A stretch of DNA of 58,519 nucleotides from Clostridia bacterium (GTDB lineage: Bacteria > Bacillota > Clostridia > Christensenellales > Aristaeellaceae): NCBI GenBank assembly GCA_030537395.1, contig JAUNMW010000001.1, positions 1 through 58,519 of the forward strand. The letters are read 5' to 3'. Made by a program: the position numbers and the translations under genes. Under the pieces are notes generated by a model. It worked only from the letters and a program-made list of their open reading frames with translations, had not been told where the DNA came from and made no database searches. Positions within the stretch are counted from its first letter, which is position 1. Each line of letters starts with the position of its first letter. Positions 34,758 to 42,270 of the stretch are shown in pieces.

Positions 34758-36283
34758 TATTCTTCGCTGCCGGATTCCTCCGGACTGATCAATTGAAACG
34801 GTTCGCTGCGGCATGTAAAGGTTTCCGTTCCCAGCCGAACCTTGATCTGAACGGTGTATTCTCCCCCCGGGGCAGGTTCCCCGCGGTTGGTCCGTCCATC
34901 CCAATAAAAATCGCTGGCGGCAGGGGAAAGCTGCTGGGGCCGGGTGGGGGCCTCATAGGCGAGCCTGCGCACAGTGACGGCGTCCGCGTTTTGAACGTTT
35001 ACGGTCAGGCCGCAGGGCACGTCATGCTGCACCAGGATGGGAAGCTCGCACCCGGCGGAAGGATCAAAGGAAGGATCGGTAAGCACATTCAGCGTCACGC
35101 TGCCGGATGCGGGCTGCACGCACAGCAGCCGGGCTCCCTGGAAAACGGGCCGATCCTCCTCCAGCGTGATCAATTGGATCATGGCATAGCCGAAAGCATC
35201 CGCGCCGGTGTTCAGGGACAGGGTGCGCATTTTCCGGCCCGGAAGCACGGAACCATCCGCTTGCTCCCCGTCCAGGAAATGCTGGGCCTGGTCAAACTGC
35301 CAGGCACCGTCCTGATGATAGATGATTTGGTAGTACAATTCCGCCTGGCGCTGCACGGTAAAGGAAAAGGAAACCTCGCTTTGTCCGGCGGTCAAAAGCG
35401 TATCCTCAAAGGTAATGTCCGTGACCGCCTTTTGAATGGGCCGGGGCAGTTCGGGGTCATAGGCGAAGAAAACAAAATCGTCGGCGTTCTGGGGGTAAAC
35501 CTGGGGCGCGGAGGCGGCGTAATTATCCCGCAGAAACGAATAAGCTTCGGCAAAGGTGATCTGGCCGTCGGCGTTCTGATCGGCGGCGAAGTCGCCCTGG
35601 CCGCCCAGACCGTTGGCAAGTACGGTGGCAAAATAGCTGGCCCCCGTTACGGTGGGCTCCGTTCCTCCCTGAAAATACCAGCTGGCTTCGCTGCCGCCGG
35701 CGCTGCACAGCACCTTGTAATCAGGGCCGGTCAGAAAAGGCTGCCTGTCCTGAACGGATACGCCTTTTCCAATCACGGCGCCAGCGTTGCAGGCGTCCAA
35801 GATCACGATTTTGATGCCTGGCACCTGATCCAGAATGCGCTGCAGGGAAGGAGCGTCCAAAAGCGTTTCCTGCTCCCCGTCGCTGAGCAGCAGCCCGGCG
35901 CGGGATTGTTCATCGTTTTGTTCAAAAACGCCGTGGGTGCTGATATACAGCAGGGAAATATCCTGCCGTCCAGCGCTTTGAAAGGCGTTTAATACGGCAT
36001 CCTCAAAGGCTTCCACCGTTGCCAGACTGCCGGAATAGGAACGAATCAGATCGTACCGGCGACTGTCCGCGGAAAGCGCGTCCGAAAGCAAATGCAGATT
36101 GCTTTCCGCCGCTGGCCAGGTATCCTGTTGGGTCAGGAAATGATCGCAGCCGATGAGCAGCGCCCGAAGACGCGCGGATGATGGAATGGAACCGGAAGGG
36201 AGTTCTTCCGCGGAAAGGGAAGAAAGCGGCGTCTGAAAAACGAGCAGGAACAGAAGAAACAGGGCCCAAAGCTTTGTTTTCAT
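34757..36283 (-). CDS. Exported caspase-family (peptidase C14) protein with C-terminal FlgD-Ig-like domain
   Basis: The signal peptide is MKTKLWALFLLFLLVFQTPLSSLSA. The His/Cys dyad context is LLYISTHG and IVILDACNAG. A DQNADGQITFAEA calcium-loop-like motif is present. The C-terminus carries FYWDGRTNRGEPAPGGEYTV. Confidence 0.85.
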   Translation of the reverse strand: MKTKLWALFLLFLLVFQTPLSSLSAEELPSGSIPSSARLRALLIGCDHFLTQQDTWPAAESNLHLLSDALSADSRRYDLIRSYSGSLATVEAFEDAVLNAFQSAGRQDISLLYISTHGVFEQNDEQSRAGLLLSDGEQETLLDAPSLQRILDQVPGIKIVILDACNAGAVIGKGVSVQDRQPFLTGPDYKVLCSAGGSEASWYFQGGTEPTVTGASYFATVLANGLGGQGDFAADQNADGQITFAEAYSFLRDNYAASAPQVYPQNADDFVFFAYDPELPRPIQKAVTDITFEDTLLTAGQSEVSFSFTVQRQAELYYQIIYHQDGAWQFDQAQHFLDGEQADGSVLPGRKMRTLSLNTGADAFGYAMIQLITLEEDRPVFQGARLLCVQPASGSVTLNVLTDPSFDPSAGCELPILVQHDVPCGLTVNVQNADAVTVRRLAYEAPTRPQQLSPAASDFYWDGRTNRGEPAPGGEYTVQIKVRLGTETFTCRSEPFQLISPEESGSEE

Positions 36284-36391
36284 GCCGCCGATCCCCCCTT
36301 TCACTGATTTTGAATTCATTATACTACATCTTTCATCAAAAATCTACCTGCCGACAGGAGACGGCAGGCCGCCTTATTCTGCCAGGATAAC

Positions 36392-36433
36392 GAAAACAGA
36401 GACGGCTTTCTGATCGGGCCGTCTCTGTTTTTC
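36392..36433 (-). terminator. Strong rho-independent terminator ending the pilus-like operon
   Basis: ACAGAGACGGC (36396-36406) pairs with GCCGTCTCTGT (36419-36429), flanked by A4 and T4. A second hairpin, CCTGCCG...CGGCAGG, lies at 36347-36368. Confidence 0.8.
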
Positions 36434-36449
36434 ATCCATTTGAAATAAA

Positions 36450-37496
36450 TCAGATTCTCTTTGCCAAAGTTTCGGGGTTCGCCGCGTAAAGCAGCGCCGC
36501 GTCCCGGGTGATTTTGCCGACGCGCACCAGGCGCTGCAGCTCCGCGTCCATGGACATCATGGTGCGGTCGCTGCCGCCGTAGATCACGTTGTCGATCTGG
36601 TGGGTGCGGCCATCGCGGATCATGTTTTGGATGGCGGGGTTCACGGTCATGACCTCAAACACGGCCACCCGGCCCCCGTCCACGGTGGGCACCAGGCGCT
36701 GGGAAACCACGGCCTTGAGCACCATGGACAATTGAATACGGATCTGGGCCTGCTGCTCCGGCGGGAAGGTATCGATGATGCGGTCCACCGTTTTGGCCGC
36801 GCCGATGGTGTGCAGCGAGGAAAGAAGCAGATGGCCCGTTTCCGCCGCGGTGATGGCGGTGCGCACGGTGTCCAGATCGCGCATTTCGCCCAGCATGACC
36901 ACGTCCGGTGCCTGGCGCAGGGCGGCGCGCAGAGCGCGGGAGAAGGTGGCGGCGTCGTTGGGCACTTCGCGCTGGCTCACCAGGGATTTTTTATGCCGGT
37001 GCAGATATTCGATGGGGTCCTCGATGGTGATGATATGGGCGGCTCTGTTTTCGTTGATCTTATCCACCAGGCAGGCCAGCGTGGTGCTTTTACCGCTGCC
37101 AGCGGGGCCGGTGACCAGGACCATGCCGCTGCGCTGAGAATACAGATCCATTACGATTTCGGGAATGCCCAGCTTGTTCACATCCGGCAGCTCGAAATTT
37201 ACGATGCGGCAGATGGCGGCCATCGTGCCGCGCTGACGGTACGCGTTGCAGCGGAAGCGGCTCACATTCAGGATAGCGAAGGAGAAATCGTCGTCCCCTT
37301 CTTCATCCAGCAGATGAATGTCCCGATGGGCCAGATCGTACATTTGTTTGATGAAAGCCTCCGTATCGGCGGGGAGGAGCTTGTTGTCCGTCAGGTTTTT
37401 CAGTACGTTGTTTACCTTTACGGTCACGCTGGCGCCGGGAACGATAAATATATCCGATCCGCCCATGGCGACGGCTTTTTGCAGCAATTCAAGCAT
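36450..37496 (-). CDS. pilT: PilT-family type IV filament ATPase
   Basis: The Walker A motif is GPAGSGKSTT. The PilT-type C-terminal motif is NPAIQNMIRDGRTHQI. At 348 aa it lacks the N-terminal extensions of PilB/GspE. Confidence 0.85.
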   Translation of the reverse strand: MLELLQKAVAMGGSDIFIVPGASVTVKVNNVLKNLTDNKLLPADTEAFIKQMYDLAHRDIHLLDEEGDDDFSFAILNVSRFRCNAYRQRGTMAAICRIVNFELPDVNKLGIPEIVMDLYSQRSGMVLVTGPAGSGKSTTLACLVDKINENRAAHIITIEDPIEYLHRHKKSLVSQREVPNDAATFSRALRAALRQAPDVVMLGEMRDLDTVRTAITAAETGHLLLSSLHTIGAAKTVDRIIDTFPPEQQAQIRIQLSMVLKAVVSQRLVPTVDGGRVAVFEVMTVNPAIQNMIRDGRTHQIDNVIYGGSDRTMMSMDAELQRLVRVGKITRDAALLYAANPETLAKRI

Positions 37497-37499
37497 CGC

Positions 37500-37937
37500 T
37501 TACCACTCTTCTTCCGTTTCAGCAGTGAGATTGTGCCGAACCCACCGGCAGCGGGTTTCCGCGTCCAAAGGATTGATCTGCACCGCGCAGTCCAGAGTGC
37601 GGAAGCCGTCGGATACGGTGAAGGATAAAATGCCGTCCTCCCATTCCATACCATCCGGCAGGTTTTCTTCAATGGCCGCCTGATAGGCTTCCTCATTTTC
37701 CGCGGCAGAGGTCAGATCCAGCAGCATTCCCTGTATATGAACGAATTTTTCCTCTGCTTCCACGTTTAGGGCGTAGACCGCTTCCGTAACCTGCACGCTG
37801 CGTTCGCTGAGCCGCACGTCGTTGCGGCTGTTCATCAGCGACAGCATGCCCAGCACGCTCATAGCCAGCACCACAAAAATCAAAATCAGGGACGCCGCGC
37901 CGGGGCCGAAGCTGATGCTGCTTTTTTTATTGCTCAT
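37500..37937 (-). CDS. 145-aa protein with a single N-terminal TM helix (pilin-like topology, no canonical prepilin motif)
   Basis: It has an ATGA overlap with the upstream gene. The N-terminus is SFGPGAASLILIFVVLAMSVLGMLSL. The C-terminus is acidic. Confidence 0.65.
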   Translation of the reverse strand: MSNKKSSISFGPGAASLILIFVVLAMSVLGMLSLMNSRNDVRLSERSVQVTEAVYALNVEAEEKFVHIQGMLLDLTSAAENEEAYQAAIEENLPDGMEWEDGILSFTVSDGFRTLDCAVQINPLDAETRCRWVRHNLTAETEEEW

Positions 37938-38329
37938 AGCTGCACCTCCCAGTACCGGGCGACGGGCAGGGTAAGAAGCGCTTCGTCATTTTGAACGGCC
38001 CGTACCTCGAAGTGGTTCATCACGCCGTTGGGGGCCGATGTTTCGCTGGCGGTCACTGTGATGGTATAGCCGTTTTTATCCAGGCTCCATCCGTTGTTCT
38101 GCCGGGAAAAGCCCATTTCAGCCAATGCCGCCTCCGCGTCCTGAGCGCCGTACAGCCGATCCGCCACGTTCTGGGTTTCGTTCAGCGCTTCAATCAGCAT
38201 GCCTGCCCGGGCGCTTTGGCTGCGGGCGGTGGAAAACACCTGCAAAAGCACTGTGGCGGAGAGCATGAAAAACATGACCACGATCAGCAGCTCCACCAGC
38301 AGCGCGTTGCTTCGATTGCCTGATTTCAT
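37934..38329 (-). CDS. 131-aa pseudopilin-like protein
   Basis: The N-terminus, MKSGNRSN-ALLVELLIVVMFF, resembles the class III signal (hydrophobic helix with Glu at +5). However it has Asn rather than Gly at -1. The SD is GAGGTGA. Confidence 0.65.
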   Translation of the reverse strand: MKSGNRSNALLVELLIVVMFFMLSATVLLQVFSTARSQSARAGMLIEALNETQNVADRLYGAQDAEAALAEMGFSRQNNGWSLDKNGYTITVTASETSAPNGVMNHFEVRAVQNDEALLTLPVARYWEVQL

Positions 38330-38338
38330 TCTATCACC

Positions 38339-38824
38339 TCAGTTTTCAGCGCCGGCAGCTCTCAGCGCGATGTTCACTTCCGACCATTCTTCTCCGCTGC
38401 GCACCCGCACCGTAAGAAGGGGGCCGTTCAACTCCGCCGTCATTTCATCGGCGGCGCAAACGGCCTCGCCGTTTTCGGGCACAAAATCCAGATCGGTGGA
38501 AGCGAACCATTCCCGAAGCATGCCGTCGTAAACGTAGATCCGGGTGATGTATGCTTCATCGTCATACGTATTCCGCATGGCAATGGTATGGATCCCGTTG
38601 GCGTCCTCGGCGGAAATGGCGTTTTCCTCATCGTCGGATCGGATCATGCTGCGCACATAGGCCGTGGAAAGCCGGGCAGCGTTATGCGCGTCGGCCCGTT
38701 CGGCGGTGTTCCGGTAGGCCTTGGCCCCCAGCAGCACCATAATGGTGGAAAACACGGCGAAAATGCCCAGCAGCAGAAACACGAACACGCCGGAAATGGT
38801 ATGGGATGGGGCGATTTTCTTCAT
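38339..38824 (-). CDS. 161-aa protein with a single N-terminal TM helix
   Basis: It has an ATGA overlap with the upstream gene. The TM helix is ISGVFVFLLLGIFAVFSTIMVLLG. It may belong to a DUF commonly found beside GspF genes in Clostridia, but that is memory only. Confidence 0.65.
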   Translation of the reverse strand: MKKIAPSHTISGVFVFLLLGIFAVFSTIMVLLGAKAYRNTAERADAHNAARLSTAYVRSMIRSDDEENAISAEDANGIHTIAMRNTYDDEAYITRIYVYDGMLREWFASTDLDFVPENGEAVCAADEMTAELNGPLLTVRVRSGEEWSEVNIALRAAGAEN

Positions 38825-39126
38825 CGAATGCCCGCCCCCTTCTCCGTGACCCAGATATCGGGGATCATGTTGGACGCGAAAGCGTCGTAGGTGATCAGAT
38901 ACCTCTCCTCATCGTAAGCCAGGCGGTAATGCTCCCGCAGATACTCAATATCATCGGGATAGGCCCCTTCCACGGCGTAGCAGGTAAGCGCCGCGTTTTT
39001 CACCGCGTTGCGCACGATTTCCGTTTCCGCCGTTTCCTGGGCGGAGCTGATCCTGTTGACCAGAAACACGGCTCCCACCAGCACCGCCGCGATGAGCAGC
39101 AGCTTGATTACATCCTTTCGGTTCAT
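38821..39126 (-). CDS. 101-aa protein with a single N-terminal TM helix
   Basis: The SD is AAAGGAGAAG. The TM helix is IKLLLIAAVLVGAVFLV. There is no G/FTLxE motif. Confidence 0.65.
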   Translation of the reverse strand: MNRKDVIKLLLIAAVLVGAVFLVNRISSAQETAETEIVRNAVKNAALTCYAVEGAYPDDIEYLREHYRLAYDEERYLITYDAFASNMIPDIWVTEKGAGIR

Positions 39127-39141
39127 ACCCGCTTCTCCTTT

Positions 39142-40191
39142 TTACAGGCTGGACAGGATGCCCGCCATGGGCAGCATGACGGAAAGCAGCACCGCGCCGA
39201 TGACGATGGACAGCAGGGCCACCAGCGTGGGTTCAATGATAGCGACCAGGCGGGTGATACCATCCTCCACCTGTTCTTCGTAGAGCCCTGCCAGCTTGCC
39301 CAGCACCTGATCCTCCTTGCCCGTGGCGCTGCCCATGGTGATCATGCGGTTATGCAGTTCTTCAAACAGGCCGGTATCGGTGACGGCGTCCGCAAAGGTG
39401 CTGCCTTCTTCCAGACTGTCGCGGATGGCCTTTACCTTATCGGCGGCCTCCTTATCCTCCAGCACGGCGGCGGTCATTTCCAGGGCTTCGCCGGTATGGA
39501 AGCCGCCGGACAGCATCATGGAAAGCACGCTGGCCACCCGGGAGGCGGACAGCTTTTGATTCAGCTGCTTCAGGGACGGAAGCAGCTTCTGCACGGCGTT
39601 CAGCACCTTTTCCCGGTGCTTGGTGCGCATCAGCACCACGCCTGCAACGGCCGCAACCACTACAATGCCAACCAGTGCCAGGATGATCCAGCCCACGGCG
39701 GCGCCCATATTCATCATGGCGGCGCCGGATTCGGTCATGGCTACGCCCATGGAATTGAGCACCCGGCGGAACACCGGCAGCACCTTCCACAGCAAAATCA
39801 GCACGATCACCACCAGCATGATGCCCAGCACCAGGGGATAGGCTACGGCGCTGGAAATGGAGGAACGGATGCGTTCTTCCCTCGCGTAGTATTCTTCCAA
39901 GCCGCGCATCACCTGGTCCAGATGGCCGGAGCGTTCGCCGATACCCACCATTTCCACCAGGTATTTGGGCCAGCGTTCATCTTCCTTCAGCGCGTTGTAC
40001 AGGGAGCCGCTTTCGGTCACGCCCTTGCTGGCGGATACGTAAATATCGGCGTTATCGCTGTTTTTGTCAGCCCCTGCCAGCGTTTCCATGCCGTCGTACA
40101 GGGGAAGGCCCGCTTCCAGGATCAGGGCTACCTGGCCGCAGAAGTTGCTCAGTTCAGCGGCGGAAAGGCCGCGCTTTTCTTGCTTGCTCAT
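39142..40191 (-). CDS. GspF/PilC-family type IV filament platform protein
   Basis: At 349 aa it has two GspF-like repeats with 3 TM segments. The SD is GGGGGA. Confidence 0.85.
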   Translation of the reverse strand: MSKQEKRGLSAAELSNFCGQVALILEAGLPLYDGMETLAGADKNSDNADIYVSASKGVTESGSLYNALKEDERWPKYLVEMVGIGERSGHLDQVMRGLEEYYAREERIRSSISSAVAYPLVLGIMLVVIVLILLWKVLPVFRRVLNSMGVAMTESGAAMMNMGAAVGWIILALVGIVVVAAVAGVVLMRTKHREKVLNAVQKLLPSLKQLNQKLSASRVASVLSMMLSGGFHTGEALEMTAAVLEDKEAADKVKAIRDSLEEGSTFADAVTDTGLFEELHNRMITMGSATGKEDQVLGKLAGLYEEQVEDGITRLVAIIEPTLVALLSIVIGAVLLSVMLPMAGILSSL

Positions 40192-40208
40192 TTTTTATTC
40201 CCCCAATT

Positions 40209-41027
40209 TCAATAATACCGTTCCACGGAGTAAGAAACCGGCTTGCTGATGGCGTTCAGCGCCGCCGTTGGGTCGTAGTACATGTCCTTGCCGTCCACGC
40301 TGACCATGATCCAGGCGTGATAGTTTTTATCCGCGTAGCCAATGATCAGCCGGGCGGGGATCCCCTGGGTGCGCAGCATGCAGCACATGATGGCGGACAG
40401 ATCCTGGCAAACCCCCATTTTTTTCTCGTAGCAGCCGTCGATGTCCGGCAGCGTGCCGGCCTTTACGGTGACGGCCTTGATGTAATCATAAAGGAAGGAG
40501 CCGGTCATGAATTTTTTAATGGAATCATAGGTGTCCTTATCGTTCATCCCGGCGCACATGGCTTCCGCTTGGGCCACGGCCGCGGACGCTTCGGAATAAT
40601 TCACATATTGGTTGGGGTATAAAAACGCCCCATCCTCCCGGTTCAGCTCCACCCGGATGGAAATGGAGCCGGCGGTGGAATAGGTTTTCCCCTTCACGTT
40701 TTCGTACAGCGTGATACTGTACTTGCCGCTGCCCAGCTGGAAGGGGAACACTTCAAATTCCCCGTCGCCGTTTAAATCGTACGTGAGCGTTTCGCCGCTC
40801 ATGACCACGCGCAGCTTCAGCCTTTTTTTGTTCTTGGCCGTCACCGCCGCCATGAAGTAGCCTTCCTTGGAATTGGTCACGTCTATTTTCAGCTTTCCGT
40901 CAAACTTGACCCCGTTTTTTGACCCGGACGGCCATTTGGCTTCCGCCGCCGCGCCGCCCGTGAAGCATACAAGCAGCACCGTCAGCAAAACCGTCAACAG
41001 GCTGCCCAGCAGGATTTTTCTCTTCAT
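40209..41027 (-). CDS. Exported transglutaminase-core (cysteine protease-like) protein
   Basis: It has a signal/anchor sequence. The Cys-His-Asp core context is GVCQDLSAIMCCMLRTQGIPARLIIGY...HAWIMV...YYDPT. Confidence 0.85.
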   Translation of the reverse strand: MKRKILLGSLLTVLLTVLLVCFTGGAAAEAKWPSGSKNGVKFDGKLKIDVTNSKEGYFMAAVTAKNKKRLKLRVVMSGETLTYDLNGDGEFEVFPFQLGSGKYSITLYENVKGKTYSTAGSISIRVELNREDGAFLYPNQYVNYSEASAAVAQAEAMCAGMNDKDTYDSIKKFMTGSFLYDYIKAVTVKAGTLPDIDGCYEKKMGVCQDLSAIMCCMLRTQGIPARLIIGYADKNYHAWIMVSVDGKDMYYDPTAALNAISKPVSYSVERYY

Positions 41028-41190
41028 CCCGCACCCCTTTCCCGCCGTCAGGCTTCGGATGATTTCTGTGTTCGGCGTCCGCCGAGAAGCGATGGAATTC
41101 CGGAAGCTGCATTCCCAAGCGCCTGCCCTTTCCGTTCATCCGCGTGCGTTTCGTCTTTTCTGAAAAAGTGAACCGTACATATATAATACA

Positions 41191-41219
41191 ATTTTATACT
41201 GAAAATACGGCCATGTCAA
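41191..41219 (-). promoter_or_regulatory. Sigma-70-like promoter of the pilus-like operon
   Basis: The minus strand reads TTGACA (41219-41214), a 17-nt spacer, then TAAAAT (41196-41191). It leaves a ~160-nt leader. Confidence 0.55.
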
Positions 41220-41222
41220 GTT

Positions 41223-42083
41223 TTACCGTATTTCCTCCAGCATATCTGCAATGACAGCCTGCCAGGCATCGTAATTCCGGGCCCCCACATAGACGCTGCC
41301 GACTATACTGCCGGTTTCATCCACAAAAAAGGTGGTGGGAACGGCACTGATTTGCCCGATGATTTTCCAGCACAATTCAGCCGAAGGGATCAGATGGGGA
41401 TAATCGGCCTGGGTTTGCTCAAAGATTTTCCGGGCCTTGATCACATTTTCTTCCACGGGGCAGAAGGAGGCGTCCACCGTATCGCTGAGCAGGCCGATGA
41501 TCTGGCCCCCCTTATCCTTCATATCAGCGGCCAGCCTGCCCAGATCGCTCATTTCGTTGATGCAGGGCGTGCAATAGGTGGCCCATACGTTGACCATGGT
41601 GAGCGAATAGCCCTGAAGGAGAGAGGAATCCACCGGGTTCCCGTATATATCCACTGTATCCAGATTGCCCAAAAGCCGCTGCTCATCCGCTGCGGTAACC
41701 AGCCGGCCAGTCCATTTTTCCAGGCTTTCCAGCCGGTATACGTTGGTAAATCCCAAATGATGCAGGATCTGCGTCGCCTGTACACCCTCCTCCTCCGTAT
41801 CGCCATACACGATGACCTCGGCGGTCATATAGGAATAGCCGGAATCCAGAATTCCCTGCATCATATCCCGCAGCTCGGCAAGCGGGGTGCTGACGGCATA
41901 AGGAAGGTGACCGTCGGCGTAAGCGTCCGCCTTCCGCAGATCGAATAAATTGATATAAGGATTCATGTTCATTCGTTCCTGCAGGGTTTCCGGCGCAATC
42001 AGCCTGCCGCTGGATTCCTCCGCTCCGGCAGCGTGCAAAAAACAAAGCAGCAGCGCCAGCAATAAAATCAGCGCTCTTTTCAT
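41223..42083 (-). CDS. Exported fusion of a rhodanese-homology domain (active-site Cys absent) and a TlpA/ResA-like thioredoxin domain
   Basis: It has a signal peptide. In the rhodanese loop, VIVYGDTEEEG has Gly where the catalytic Cys is expected. The thioredoxin motif is WATYCTPC. Confidence 0.85.
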   Translation of the reverse strand: MKRALILLLALLLCFLHAAGAEESSGRLIAPETLQERMNMNPYINLFDLRKADAYADGHLPYAVSTPLAELRDMMQGILDSGYSYMTAEVIVYGDTEEEGVQATQILHHLGFTNVYRLESLEKWTGRLVTAADEQRLLGNLDTVDIYGNPVDSSLLQGYSLTMVNVWATYCTPCINEMSDLGRLAADMKDKGGQIIGLLSDTVDASFCPVEENVIKARKIFEQTQADYPHLIPSAELCWKIIGQISAVPTTFFVDETGSIVGSVYVGARNYDAWQAVIADMLEEIR

Positions 42084-42137
42084 GCAGGATTCACTCCTTT
42101 TTCGTGGGCTTCCGGCCTGAACCGTTCGCTAAAAATC

Positions 42138-42166
42138 ATTATAACAATGAATCCAGGCAATTGCAA
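42138..42166 (-). promoter_or_regulatory. Sigma-70-like promoter for the rhodanese-thioredoxin gene
   Basis: The minus strand reads TTGCAA (42166-42161), a 17-nt spacer, then TATAAT (42143-42138). Confidence 0.55.
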
Positions 42167-42206
42167 AAGCCTGGAGAAATATTTACATTTTTGTTACAAT
42201 TTGCGC

Positions 42207-42235
42207 TTGGCAGACGAGCGGAAAAATGGTATGAT
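42207..42235 (+). promoter_or_regulatory. Sigma-70-like promoter for the L,D-transpeptidase gene
   Basis: TTGGCA (42207-42212), a 17-nt spacer, then TGgTATGAT (-10 at 42230-42235). Confidence 0.55.
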
Positions 42236-42270
42236 ATATTCCGTAAAAGAATGACTTTGCCAAGGAGCTT

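Noticed and set aside
41028-41190. A possible c-di-GMP riboswitch in the leader of the pilus-like operon.
   Set aside because: By eye I could not find the conserved GEMM-I (GGCAAACC ... ACGCAAAGC) or GEMM-II core sequences. It is kept only as an unexplained leader pending an Infernal scan.
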